A stretch of 64,000 bases of DNA, taken from assembly GCA_049840735.1 (NCBI GenBank), contig JASGJN010000013.1, positions 736,001 to 800,000 on the forward strand, written 5' to 3'. This DNA comes from Anaeromyxobacter sp. (lineage in GTDB: Bacteria > Myxococcota > Myxococcia > Myxococcales > Anaeromyxobacteraceae). Position numbers and translations under genes: made by a program. The notes below the pieces were generated by a model. The model worked only from the letters and a program-made list of their open reading frames with translations. It searched no databases and was not told the DNA's origin. Below are positions 1 through 10,827 of the stretch, piece by piece. Within the stretch, counting starts at the first letter, position 1, and every line of letters starts with the position of its first letter.

Positions 1-677
1 AGGCGGTCGCGATCTTCCGCAGCGAGATCGTCGGCGCGCTCACGCGCAAAGAGACCTCGACCACGGCGAGCTGCGCGCCGCCTTCCGCGCGCTCTCGGAG
101 GAGCGCTTCCGCCCGCCAGGCGTCGAGACGACCCGGCGGTTCTCGGTCGCGACGCTCGAGCGCTGGTTCTACGCGTATCGCGCCGGCGGGCTCGCGGCGC
201 TCCGGGCCGGCACCGCGCAGCGACCGCGGCCACGCGCAGGAGCTCACCGCCGAGCAGCGCCAGCTTCTGCTCGACATCCGGCGCGAGCATCGCTCGGCGT
301 CGGTGCCGCTCATCCTGCGGACGCTCGTCGCCGACGAGAAGCTCGAGGCCGGCGCGATCTCGCCGGCGACGGTGCGCCGGCTCAATGTGGCCGAGGGCCT
401 CGACCGCGTTCCGATGCGCGAGGGCGGGGGCCAGAAGACGCGGCTTCGCTGGGAGGCGGCGAGCCCGGGCGCGCTCTGGCACGCGGACGTCTGCCACGGA
501 CCGGCGCTCACCATCGACGGCAAGTCGAAGCCGCTGCGGATCCATGCGCTCCTCGACGACGCGAGCCGGTTCATCGTCGCCATCGAGGCGCGCCACACCG
601 AGCGCGAGACGGACATGCTCGAGATCCTCGTCCGCGCGCTCCGCAAGCACGGGCCGCCCGACGTCCTCTACCTCGAG
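1..677 (+). mobile_element. Truncated DDE (rve/IS481-like) transposase fragment with several indels
   Basis: Across frames reads FRSEIVGAL...SVATLERWFYAYRAGGLAAL...WEAASPGALWHADVCHG...IHALLDDASRFIV...HGPPDVLYL. It stops just before the expected second catalytic Asp (LYxDNG). The 5' end is outside the window. Confidence 0.8.
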
Positions 678-2065
678 AAGGTGGACCCCAATCAGCTCGC
701 GCTCCTTCATCGCCCAGGCCCAGGCCGAGTCGAAGCAGGATCGACGAGGCCGTGGCGGCGCTCCTGGAAGCGACCTCGAACCCGGACGCGCCCGTCCCGG
801 CACCGAAGCCGCGGCCGCTGCGGGGGCACGGGCGAAACCGCCTGCCGGACCACCTGCCGCGCGAGGAGGTCGTGCTCGAGCCGCCCGCGGCGGAGAAGGT
901 CTGCGCGAGCTGCGGTGAGGAGAAGGCGTGCATCGGCCACGAGCGGAGCGAGGTGCTCGAGTTCGTGCCGGCCACCTTCAAGGTGATCGAGTACGCGCGG
1001 GAGAAGCGGGCCTGCCGCAAGTGCGGCGAGGGCGTGGTGATCCGCCCCGCCGGCCGCGAAGCCCATCGACGGAGGGCTCCCTGGCCCGGGGCTCCTCGCC
1101 CACGTGCTGGTACTCCAAGTACAAGGATCACCTCCCCGCTCAACCGGCTCTCCGGGATCTACGAGCGGAGCGGCGTGAACCTGAACTCCTCCACGCTGGG
1201 CGACTGGGTTCGCGGCGGGGACCGATGGCCTCGCGCCTATCGCGAGGGCGATCTGGCGCAGGGCCATCGAGGCGCACCTGCTCCAGAGCGACGACACCGG
1301 CATCAAGGTGCTCGACAAGGACCATCCGAACGGCATCAAGCGCGGGCACCTGTGGGTGTACCTGGGCGACGGGCAGTGGAGCGCTTTCGTCTACACGCCG
1401 GACTGGAAGGGGGAGTGGCCGCAGGGCTTCCTTGGCCGCCCGAACAAGGGCTGGCTCCAGGTGGACGGCTATGGCGGCTACCAGGACCTCTTCCAGCGCG
1501 AGGGCGCGACGGCGGGATCGAGGTGTCGTGCTGGGCACACGCCCGGCGGGGCTTCGTGGAGGCGCTGGAGGCCGGCGACGTCCGCGCCGCCATCCCGGTG
1601 AAGCTCATCGCGAAGCTCTACGACATCGAGCGCGCCGCCAAGGAACTTGAGGAGGCCCACGAGGCCAGGCGTGAACGCCGCCAACGCGAGGTGCCGCCGA
1701 TCCTCGCGGCCCTCGGCAAGTGGATGGCCGACACCTACCAGGCCGAGCCGCCGAAGAGCCCGCTCGCGAAGGCCTGCTACTACGTCATCGCGCGCTGGGA
1801 GAGCCTGAAGCGCTTCCTCGAGGACGGCCGGCTGCCGATTGACAACACGGCCTCGGAGCGCGAGCTGCGCCAGGTGGCCGTGGGTCGGGCCAACTACCTG
1901 TTCGCCGGGTCGGACCAGGGCGGAGAACGGGCGGCCATCGCGTACACCGTGATTCGACCGCATGCTGGCCGACATCGACCCGCTCGCCTACCTCGCCGAC
2001 GTCTTCCAGAAGCTCGCTGAGGGCTGGCCCCATCGGCGCCTCGGTGAGCTGCTGCCGCCAGCGTG
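675..2065 (+). mobile_element. tnpC: IS66-family transposase TnpC, 5'-truncated, with several frameshifts
   Basis: EKVDPNQLAL, HGRNRLPDHLPREE, zinc finger CASCG...CRKC, KYKDHLPLNR, DDTGIKVLD, LQVDGYGGY, CWAHARRGF, IDNTASERELRQVAVGRANYLFAGSDQGG, DIDPLAYLADV. All are typical IS66 TnpC motifs. Confidence 0.9.
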
Positions 2066-2144
2066 GGGCCGCCGCCCGCAAGTTCGCGGTCGCCTCGAAC
2101 CCGCTCGCTGGAAAGCGGCACGGGGAGCGCGGTAGCCTCGCGCG

Positions 2145-2420
2145 ATGCCGACCGAGCCCGAGGACCCGATTACCATCGTCGTGTCGAGCGCCGAGTTCGC
2201 GCTCCTGAGGAAGCTCGACTTCCCCTGCTCGCAGGAGGTGCTCGCGACCGCGAGCCCCGACCTGGAGGGCATCGCCCTCCACGGGAGCCGCGCCGACCTC
2301 GCGAGCCTGGCGGGGTGGGTCGCCGGCGAGGCGAACCACGCCCGCCGTGGCACGCGCCGCTCTGAACTCCTCGAAAGCCTCTCGGAGCAGCTCGAGGACG
2401 TCCTCACCGTCTATCGCTGA
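2145..2420 (+). CDS. Small hypothetical protein (91 aa), probable IS66 passenger
   Basis: Clean ORF with high-GC codon usage just downstream of tnpC; contains LAGWVAGEANH. Confidence 0.6.
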   Translation: MPTEPEDPITIVVSSAEFALLRKLDFPCSQEVLATASPDLEGIALHGSRADLASLAGWVAGEANHARRGTRRSELLESLSEQLEDVLTVYR

Positions 2421-2740
2421 GCGGCACCGCGACGTCGCGCGCCGTCAAGCGGCGCGCACTGACGCCAACCGGCGGGACGGACACCTCGCAATCGCCGAAG
2501 CCTCTCACGCTCGCCGCCAACCCGGTACGTGTGGTCAGCCGGGGGGATACCGAAATGCGACTTTCCGTGGATGGGCGGATCGCTTTTGGTCGAGCAAGCG
2601 GCCATGCTGGAGGGGTAGCTCCCACCACCAGGATCTTCGCGTTCGATCTGGTGACACGCCGCCTCGTTGAGTCCCGCGAGATTGACCCAGGACTTCTTCC
2701 CGATGTGAAGGCGCCCGCGACACCGTTGCCAGAACGGTAG

Positions 2741-2933
2741 GTGGGATGGATGGCGCCGTACTCGTTCCTGCGGCTTGAGACTGAGGCCGGGCAGATGTGG
2801 GTCGCCGTGCCGATGGCCGAGGTGCCGAACAAAGGTGGTGGTAAAGAACGGCGCCGTGCTCAAGAACTTGGAGTCGAAGCAGGCAGGGAGGCGCTTCGAC
2901 GCGGTGGTGTTCGGGGTCTTGGAGAAGGGGTAG
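2741..2933 (+). pseudogene. Degenerate remnant resembling an OB-fold-like protein
   Basis: YSFLRLETEAGQMWVAVP followed in another frame by NGAVLKNLESKQAGRRFDAVVFGVL*. Lower GC, and a stop codon directly upstream. Confidence 0.35.
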
Positions 2934-3057
2934 GAGGTCCTGCATGTCCCAGTCGCTCTCGGAACTCGCCCTCGACTCGAACTGCCTCTCGTACGCGTGA
3001 GCCGGGGTTCCCTCGAAGGGAGAGCCGCGTCGCACGCAGCGCCGGGCGCGGGCGGCG

Positions 3058-4239
3058 CTAATGGCGGCGGCTCGCGCTCGCAGCAGCGCCGCTCGTCACG
3101 ACACCGGCCCGCGCGCCACGACCGCCGTCCGCATCGGACCTTCCCGTCGCGGCGCCCGCGCCCGCAGCCGGCGCATCCCCACCGGCCCCCCTCACTCGCA
3201 CGCTGGCGCTGCCAGCGGCGGTCGCCGCAGTCGCCCCAGCCGCCCCGTCGGCCCCATCCGCCCCGCTGCCCCCGCCCACCGCCCCTCCTGCAGCAGCCAC
3301 CCCGCCCCCCGCCCGCCGCCGCATCCGCGGCAGCTGCAGCAGGATCTCCGCCGTGCGGCGCGGGCACTCCAGCTGCGGGCAGTGGCCGCAGTCGGGCACG
3401 GGCTCGTAGCGGACGCGCGGGAGCTGCTCCAGGAAGAAGTCGCGGCAGCCCTCGGGGATGAGCCGGTCGTTCTCTCCCCAGATCAGCACCGACGGGCAGG
3501 CCAGGCCGGCGGCCTCCTCGGCGGTCACGAAGTCCTCGGCCTGCAGCGAGCTCACCAGCTGCAGCACCGACGGCGCGCGCAGCAGCCGGCGGATGTCGCG
3601 CCCCAAGAGCCGGGTCGCGAGCGGCGGCCGGTGGAAGAGCCGCGCCACCAGCTCCGCCACGGCGGCGCGGTGGTCGGCGGTCAGCGCCTGCCCGAAGTCG
3701 GCCCAGTCCTCGGCGTGCAGCGCCGGGCCGCCGGGGTTGAGCAGCGCCAGGCCGCGCACCAGGTCCGGCCGACGCGCGGCCAGCTTGGCCGCCAGCCAGC
3801 CGCCCATGGAGTTGCCGGCCAGGAACGCGCCTTCCGGCGCCACGCGGTCCACCAGCCGCTCGGTCACCTCCAGCAGCTCGGGGAAGGTCAGCCAGGCGCG
3901 CCCCTCGGGCGGACGCGACCAGCCGTTGCCGGGCAGGTCGGGCACGATCACCCGGTAGGTGTGCCTCAGGGCGGGGATCACGGGGAAGAACGACGCGGCG
4001 GTGGCGCCCAGCCCGTGCAGCAGCACCAGCGTGGGGGACGGGCGGCGCCGGCCTGCGCTGGCGGGGCGGATGCGCGCGGGCCGGCCGCGGCGGGCTCCAG
4101 GCGCGGGCCGCTCGGGGCGCGGGGCGAACTCCGCGTACCAGACGCGACAGCCCGAGAGGTCCACCTCGCGGAGGGCCGCTCCATCCCGTCGCCACTGGAA
4201 CGCCAGCAGCCGCGCGAGGAACTCGAGCACAAGGCTCAA
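3058..4239 (-). CDS. Alpha/beta-fold hydrolase with a low-complexity Ala/Gly C-terminal tail
   Basis: VLLHGLG, PDLPGNG, nucleophile elbow GNSMGG, IWGENDRLI and CGHCPQLE. Confidence 0.9.
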   Translation of the reverse strand: MSLVLEFLARLLAFQWRRDGAALREVDLSGCRVWYAEFAPRPERPAPGARRGRPARIRPASAGRRRPSPTLVLLHGLGATAASFFPVIPALRHTYRVIVPDLPGNGWSRPPEGRAWLTFPELLEVTERLVDRVAPEGAFLAGNSMGGWLAAKLAARRPDLVRGLALLNPGGPALHAEDWADFGQALTADHRAAVAELVARLFHRPPLATRLLGRDIRRLLRAPSVLQLVSSLQAEDFVTAEEAAGLACPSVLIWGENDRLIPEGCRDFFLEQLPRVRYEPVPDCGHCPQLECPRRTAEILLQLPRMRRRAGGGVAAAGGAVGGGSGADGADGAAGATAATAAGSASVRVRGAGGDAPAAGAGAATGRSDADGGRGARAGVVTSGAAASASRRH

Positions 4240-4356
4240 GGTTGAAGCGGATGACGCGATCCGCCAGGGCCCTCCCGCGCAGCCCCGGACGGTGGCCTCC
4301 GCCGGGCGGATGCCAGCCTGGGCGCCCCCGGGGGCAGGGCGGCGTCGCGACGGCCG

Positions 4357-4457
4357 CCGTCGCGGTTCGACGAGCTCACCGCGAACGGTGAGCTGGGCCT
4401 CACCGCGAACGGAGCGCCCCTCACCGCGAACGGAGCGCCACGCCTCGCCGCCAACGG
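4357..4457. repeat. REP-like palindromic element followed by tandem copies of its 3' arm
   Basis: CCGTCGCGGT-TCGACGAGCTC-ACCGCGAACGG at 4357-4388. CTCACCGCGAACGG recurs at 4399-4412 and 4420-4433, with a degenerate copy at 4444-4457. Confidence 0.8.
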
Positions 4458-4467
4458 AGGCGCCCCG

Positions 4468-6946
4468 CTACACCTTGAACCGGTGCACCCGCTCGGAGAG
4501 CGCCCGCGCCCGCAGCCCCATCTGATTGGCCACGCCGGCCAGCCCATCCACGGCGCTCTCGTGCGCGCCGGCGGTGTCGGAGAGGTTCTGCAGCGCCTCG
4601 CGCACCCGCCGCGTGGCGGCGTTGTGGCTCTCCACGGCGCGGGTGATCTCGCTGATCATCTTCTCCAGCCGCGAGAGGTTCTCGAGCTGGCGGCGCCCCA
4701 GGCCGGACTGCTCCTCCAGCGCGCGGGCCACGCGGTCGGCGATGCCGGTCACGCCGCGCGACACCGAGTGGACGGCGGTCACCGAGCGGCCCACCAGCTG
4801 GACCGCGGCGGCGACGGCGCGCGAGCCCTCGGCCACCGACTCGACCAGCGCCGAGACCTCGCGGGAGGACTGCGCGTGCGCCTCGACGGCGGCGCGGATG
4901 GCGGCGGCGGTCTGGCGGCCGTGCGCGGTGGAGCGGCGGATCTCGCCCAGCGCCTGCAGCGAGTTGCGCGCCAGCTGCACGCCCTTGGTGGAGAGCGCGT
5001 CGCCGCGGTCGATGAGGGCGGCGGTGCCCTCCACGTCCTCGCGGACGGCGTGGATGATGTCGCCGATGGACTTTGTGGAGCGGGCGATCTGCGAGGCCAG
5101 GTCGCGGATTCTGGTCGGCCACCACGGCGAAGGCCTTGCCGTGCTCGCCGGCCTGCGAGGCGATGATGGAGGCGTTGAGCGAGAGCAGGTTGGTGCGGCC
5201 CGCCACCTCGGAGATGAAGTCGACCACCTGGTCGATGTCGTCGGAGCGGCGGCCCAGCGCGGCGATGCGGGTGTGGGCATCGCCGACGGCCGTGCGCAGC
5301 GCCTCGATCCCGTGCACCGTCTCCTCCATCACCAGCCCGGCCCGGTCGGACAGGTCGGCCACGGCGGCGGCGGTGGTCTCGGTCTCGCCGGCGGCGCGCT
5401 CCAGCCCCGACACCGAGGCCTTCACCTCGGCCAGCGAGCCGCCGGCGCGGCCGGCCAGCGACTCGAGGTCGGCCAGCCGCCCCTCGGCCTCCCGCCCGGC
5501 GCCGCCCAGCGTCTCCACCTCGCCCAGCGCCGCGGCCATGGCGCGCTCCATCTCGGCGCCCTTGCGCTGCACCTCGTCGAAGGCCTCGGCCATCTCGCCC
5601 ACGGCGCGGCTGGTGGCGGCCACGTACTCGGAGAGCCCGCCCAGCCCCTTGGAGACCTGCCCCACCGAGCCGTCCATGGCCTCGACCGCGGCCTGCACCG
5701 AGCGGACGCCGGCGTGCTGGTCGAGCGCGCCGCGCTTCACCTGCTCGCCGATGGCGCCCGCCTCGCGGGCCCCAACCGAGACGCCCTCGCTGGCCGACTG
5801 GACGTCGCGCACCAGCCCCTGGAGGCCGTGCGCCATGCGGCGGAAGTCGGAGGCCAGCCGGCCGATCTCGTCGCGCGAGAGCGTGGGCGGCGCCACCGTC
5901 AGGTCGCCGGCGGCGATGAGCCCCGCGGCGCGGTTGAGCGGGCGGAAGGGCAGCGTGATGGCCCGGGCGGCGAACCAGACCAGCAGCGCGGTGGTGGCGT
6001 AGACCATCAGCGCCAGCCAGCCCAGCTGCTTCCAGAAGGTGGGGCGCCGGTCGGAGAGCGGCCCCTCCGACAGCAGCACGCGCGCGAGCAGCCCCTCCGG
6101 CGTGAGCCGGGTGATGAGCCAGCCGTTCGCCACGCGCACCGTCCCCGGCTCGGCGGCCCCGGAGGCGGCCAGGTACATGGCGGAGACGCCGGAGCGGGCC
6201 ACCACCGCGCCGTTCTCGTTCAGGAGCACCGCAGGTGAGTAGCTGGCGCGCGACAGGACCATCACGCGCTCCTCCGGCGTCTTGGCCGGCGCGAGCAGCG
6301 CGCCCTCCACGGCCCGCTCGGCGGTGAAGGTGTACATGCGCTCCACGTCGGCGCGGTAGCGCACGTAGCTCGGCGCCGAGCAGAGCAGCAGCACCACCGT
6401 GGCGATGCCGAAGCCCAGCGCCAGGATCTTCTCGCGGACCGTGCCGCGGACCACCACCTCCACGCGCTCCGCCAGCGGCACCACCACCTGCGTCATGGTG
6501 GCGGAGCAGAACGCGTACGCCAGGAGCCCCTGCAGCAGCGCCGCCGCGAGCCCCACCGCGCCGCCGGCCAGCGCGGTGTCGAGGCCGAGCTCGGCGTAGG
6601 TCACGAGGGCCGCGCCGGTCGCCAGCACCACCACCAGCCCGCTCACGAAGAGGAGCAGCGCCACCCGCAGCGCCAGCGCGTGACAGCCCACCGCCGCGAG
6701 GCGCGCGGTCCGCTCGTCGATGCCCTCGAGGTCGTCCAGCGCCGCCTCGATGGGCCGCAGCAGCGCCCAGCACGCCACCGCGGCCAGGCCGAGCTGGGCG
6801 AGGAAGCCGAGCACCGCCGCGGTCCGCAGCACGTTCATCTGCTCCGGGCGCAGATTGAACGAGCTCTCGACGGCGAAGACCGCGATGGCGAGCGCCAGCC
6901 CCACTGGGAAGGCGGTGTTCCGGAGGAGCGCGAGGAAGAGCCGCAT
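4468..6946 (-). CDS. Methyl-accepting chemotaxis protein (multi-TM, HAMP, signalling domain); one apparent frameshift near 5110
   Basis: Several TM helices, HAMP SRDEIGRLA, and signalling tip ISEVAGRTNLLSLNASIIASQAGEHGKAFAVVADQ. It continues as IRDLASQ in the 4468..5280 frame. Confidence 0.9.
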
Positions 6947-7135
6947 CGTGCTCCGCAGTGTAGCGCGGCGGGGGCCTCCCACGGGGCCTCCGGGTGGCGA
7001 TACATGCGTTGTCACGCAAGGCCGCGTTCTCATGGGCGAAATCGATCCGGCGAGGTGCCGGGCACCACGAAAACCCCCCATTGATCGATGGGTTCGCTTG
7101 AACCGGCCCATGGGGTCATGATATCGGCTTCGCCT

Positions 7136-10100
7136 ATGCGCATCCGGCGGCTCGACATCGTCGGCTTCAAGTCGTTCATGGACAGGGTGGTCGTCGCCTT
7201 CGACGAGGGCGTGACCGGCGTCGTGGGCCCCAACGGCTGCGGCAAGTCCAACGTGGCCGACGCCATCCGCTGGGTGCTGGGCGAGCAGTCGGCCCGCCAC
7301 CTCCGTGGCCGCTCCATGGAGGACGTGATCTTCAACGGCTCGGAGTCGAAGCCGCCGCTCTCCATGGCGGAGGTGATGCTGACCTTCGAGAACGACCGGC
7401 CCAGCGAGCTGCCGCCGGCGTTCCAGGGCTTCGGCGAGATCACCGTCGGCCGCCGGCTCTACCGCTCCGGCGAGTCCGAGTACCTCGTCAACGGCGTCCA
7501 GGCCCGCCTGCTGGACGTGAACGACATCTTCTTCGGCTCCGGCGTCGGCCGCACCGCCTACTCGATCATCGAGCAGGGCCGCATCGGCCAGATCGTCTCC
7601 GCCCGCCCCGAGGACCGGCGCGCCATCATCGAGGAGGCCGCCGGCATCACGAAGTACAAGAAGCGCCGCGAGGCGGCCGAGCGGAAGATGGAGGCCACGC
7701 AGCAGAACCTGATGCGCGTGGCGGACATCGTCCAGGAGCTGGGCAAGCAGCTCGAGTCGCTCAACCGCCAGGCCCGCAAGGCCGAGAAGTACAAGGCGCT
7801 GCGCGCGCAGATCAAGGAGCTGGAGCTCCGCTCCGCCGCCGCCCGCTACCTGGAGCTGACCGCCACCCGCCGCGCCGCCGAGGAGCGGCAGGCCACGCTC
7901 CGCACCGAGGAGGCCGAGCTCTCGGCCCGCCTGGTGGAGCTGGACGGCATGCTGGAGTCCGACCGCGCCCGCACCGGCGAGAGCGAGGCGCTGCTGGCCG
8001 ACCTCTCCGCCCGCGAGCACGCGCTGGAGAGCACCGCCCGCGTCTCGGAGGTCTCGCTGGAGGCCGCCGGCCGCGAGCTGGAGCAGATCGCCGAGCGGAC
8101 CCGGGCGCAGGCCGCCGAGGTCGAGGCGCTCAAGGACCAGGCCGAGGCGCTGGCCTCCGAGCGCGAGGCGCTGCTCCGCCAGCGCGACGACCTCGAGTCG
8201 CTGGTCTCCTCCGACGAGGGGCGGCTGGGCGAGGCCGAGGTCTCGCTGCGCGAGGCCGGCCGCGAGCAGGGCGCGCTGCAGGGCGAGGCCGACCGGGCCC
8301 GCGCGACCGCCTCGGCGGCCCTCTCCGAGGCCACCTCCCACCGCAGCCAGCTGGCGCAGATCGAGCGGCAGCGGCTGGACGTGCGCGGCCGCCTGGAGAA
8401 GAACCGCGCCGAGGCCGACGGCCTGGCGGCGCGCCTCTCCGAGCTGGACGGCGCCCGCTCCGCCTACGTGGAGAAGCTGGGCCAGACCCGGCAGCTCAAG
8501 CTCCGCCTGGACGAGCAGCGCGGCGCGCAGGAGGAGCTGCTGGAGCGCACCCGCGCCGAGTTCATCCAGAACGAGGCCAAGCTCATCACCCTGCGCGAGG
8601 AGCTGGCCGAGAAGCGCTCCCGCCTGCAGAGCCTCCTCGAGATCGTCCGCAACTACGAGGGCTACGGCCGCGGCGTGCGCAGCCTGATGACCCGCGCCGG
8701 CGAGGCCGAGGGGCGCGACCGCGGCGTCTTCGGCCTGGTGGCGGACGTGATCTCCGCGCCGGCCGAGTACGAGAACGCGGTCGAGGCCGTGCTGGGCGAG
8801 CGGCTGCAGTACGTCATCGTCGAGAGCCACTCGCAGGGCGTCGAGGCCATCGACTACCTCAAGACCGCCGCCGAGGGGCGCGCCTCGCTCATCCCCATGG
8901 CCCGCCTGCGCGACGCGCAGGGCGCCGCGGCCGAGCTGGACCGCAGCCACCCCGGCGTGGTGGCGGCCTGCCTGGACGTGGTCCGCTTCGAGCCCTCCTA
9001 CGAGAAGGTGGCCCGCTTCCTCCTGGCCGACGCGGTCATCGTCCGCGACCTCCCCTCCGCGCTGGAGATCTGGCAGCAGAGCGAGGTGAAGCGCACGCTG
9101 GTCACGCTGGACGGCGAGGTGCTGGATCCGTACGGCGTGGTCACCGGCGGCCCGCTGGAGGGCGAGGGGCACGGCGCGCTGCAGCGCCGCCGCGAGGTGC
9201 AGGAGCTGGAGGAGACGGTCCGCGCCTTCGAGGCCGAGTTCTCGCTGGCCACCGAGCGCCACCGCACCCTGCAGGCCCGCCTGCTCCAGCTGGAGGCGGC
9301 GCTCAAGAGCCTGGACAAGGACGGCCGCGAGAAGGAGCTGGCCCTCCTCGACCAGGAGAAGGACCTGGCCCGCGTGGGCGAGGAGCTGGAGCGGGTGGGC
9401 ACCCGCACCGCGCAGCTGGACGTGGAGCGCGGCACGCTGGAGGAGTCGCTGGCCGGCCTCTCCCGCGAGGAGGAGGAGCACCGCCTGGCCGCCGCCACCG
9501 CCGAGGCGGAGCAGTCCCGCGCCGAGGAGCGGGCCCGCGAGGCCGTCTCCCGGCTGGAGGGCTGGCGCGCCCGCGGCGACGTGCTCACCGCCGAGCTGAT
9601 GAACCTGAAGGTGAAGGTGGCCGCCGACGCCGAGCGCCGCGAGGGCATCGGGTCGGCGCTCAGGCGCGTCGAGGACGCCCGCCGCGAGGTGGACGAGCGC
9701 CGCGGCCGGATCTTCGCCGCGCTGTCCGAGGCCAACGCCCGCGCCGCCGAGCTGAAGGGCCGGCTGGAGGGGACGCGGGTGGACCTGGGGCGCGTCTCGG
9801 CCGACCTGGCCGAGGTCCGCGAGCAGCTGGCGAAGGCCCGGACCGAGCACGAGGGGCTGGCCATCGGCGCCCGCTCCCGCGACGCCGAGGCCCGCGACCT
9901 GCGCGCCCGCAGCGAGGGGCTGCGCCAGTCCATCTCCGAGGCGGCCCTCACCGGCCGCGAGCAGGCCCTGGAGCTGGCCCACCTCGAGGAGCAGGTGCGC
10001 GAGCGCTGCCAGGCCGAGCTGAAGTGGGAGGTGGCCCGCTTCCACCTGGAGCGGCCGCCGGGCGAGGAGGAGCGCGAGAAGCTCGAGGAGCTGAAGGCCC

Positions 10101-10732
10101 AGGCCGACCGGATGGGCGCCATCAACCTCACCGCCATCGAGGAGTACGACGAGCTGGCCCGCCGCCACGCCTTCATGAGCGAGCAGAAGGGCGACCTGGA
10201 GCGGTCCATGGCCGACCTCAAGTCCGCCATCGTGAAGATCAACCGGGCCTCGCGCGAGCGGTTCCAGGAGACCTTCGACCGCGTGAACGAGAAGTTCCAG
10301 GCGGTCTTCCCGCGCCTCTTCGCCGGCGGCCGGGCCGGCCTGGTGCTCACCACGCCGGAGGGCGACGGCGAGCACGGCGTGGAGATCTTCGCGCAGCCCC
10401 CGGGCAAGAAGCTGCAGAGCGTGAACCTGCTCTCCGGCGGCGAGAAGGCGCTCACCGCGGTGTCGCTGATCTTCGCCATCTTCCTCATCAAGCCGACGCC
10501 GTTCTGCCTGCTCGACGAGGTCGACGCCCCGCTCGACGAGGCCAACGTCGGCCGCTACAACGAGATGGTGAAGGAGATGTCCCGCAACTCGCAGTTCATC
10601 CTCATCACGCACAACAAGCGGACGATGGAGATGGTGGACACGCTCTACGGCGTGACCATGGAGGAGCCGGGCGTGTCCAAGCTGGTCTCCGTGCGCCTGT
10701 CGCAGCGGGCCCGCGAGGTGGCCGCGGCGTAG
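7136..10732 (+). CDS. smc: Chromosome segregation protein SMC
   Basis: MRIRRLDIVGFKSF, Walker A GPNGCGKSN, coiled coils, hinge, LSGGEKAL and LLDEVDAPLD. Confidence 0.98.
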   Translation: MRIRRLDIVGFKSFMDRVVVAFDEGVTGVVGPNGCGKSNVADAIRWVLGEQSARHLRGRSMEDVIFNGSESKPPLSMAEVMLTFENDRPSELPPAFQGFGEITVGRRLYRSGESEYLVNGVQARLLDVNDIFFGSGVGRTAYSIIEQGRIGQIVSARPEDRRAIIEEAAGITKYKKRREAAERKMEATQQNLMRVADIVQELGKQLESLNRQARKAEKYKALRAQIKELELRSAAARYLELTATRRAAEERQATLRTEEAELSARLVELDGMLESDRARTGESEALLADLSAREHALESTARVSEVSLEAAGRELEQIAERTRAQAAEVEALKDQAEALASEREALLRQRDDLESLVSSDEGRLGEAEVSLREAGREQGALQGEADRARATASAALSEATSHRSQLAQIERQRLDVRGRLEKNRAEADGLAARLSELDGARSAYVEKLGQTRQLKLRLDEQRGAQEELLERTRAEFIQNEAKLITLREELAEKRSRLQSLLEIVRNYEGYGRGVRSLMTRAGEAEGRDRGVFGLVADVISAPAEYENAVEAVLGERLQYVIVESHSQGVEAIDYLKTAAEGRASLIPMARLRDAQGAAAELDRSHPGVVAACLDVVRFEPSYEKVARFLLADAVIVRDLPSALEIWQQSEVKRTLVTLDGEVLDPYGVVTGGPLEGEGHGALQRRREVQELEETVRAFEAEFSLATERHRTLQARLLQLEAALKSLDKDGREKELALLDQEKDLARVGEELERVGTRTAQLDVERGTLEESLAGLSREEEEHRLAAATAEAEQSRAEERAREAVSRLEGWRARGDVLTAELMNLKVKVAADAERREGIGSALRRVEDARREVDERRGRIFAALSEANARAAELKGRLEGTRVDLGRVSADLAEVREQLAKARTEHEGLAIGARSRDAEARDLRARSEGLRQSISEAALTGREQALELAHLEEQVRERCQAELKWEVARFHLERPPGEEEREKLEELKAQADRMGAINLTAIEEYDELARRHAFMSEQKGDLERSMADLKSAIVKINRASRERFQETFDRVNEKFQAVFPRLFAGGRAGLVLTTPEGDGEHGVEIFAQPPGKKLQSVNLLSGGEKALTAVSLIFAIFLIKPTPFCLLDEVDAPLDEANVGRYNEMVKEMSRNSQFILITHNKRTMEMVDTLYGVTMEEPGVSKLVSVRLSQRAREVAAA

Positions 10733-10760
10733 CCGGGGGAGGTCCCGGCGACCTCCGTCG

Positions 10761-10790
10761 TTGACAGGCCGGTCCGGGGCCTCCTATATG
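10761..10790 (+). promoter_or_regulatory. Candidate sigma70 promoter for ftsY
   Basis: Perfect TTGACA at 10761-10766, then CTATAT/TATATG 17-18 bp downstream in otherwise GC-rich DNA. Confidence 0.5.
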
Positions 10791-10827
10791 CTCGGGCTCC
10801 CACGCCTTTTCCCCACCCGGAGCCCGC

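Noticed and set aside
4375..4457. Possible mini CRISPR array
   Set aside because: The repeats are 14 bp with 7-10 bp gaps, far below CRISPR dimensions. No cas genes are present, and duplicated element arms explain the pattern.
4421..10612. 2063-aa minus-strand ORF
   Set aside because: Its first part is the antisense shadow of smc, a result of high-GC codon bias. Only the part from 6946 downward is the real MCP.
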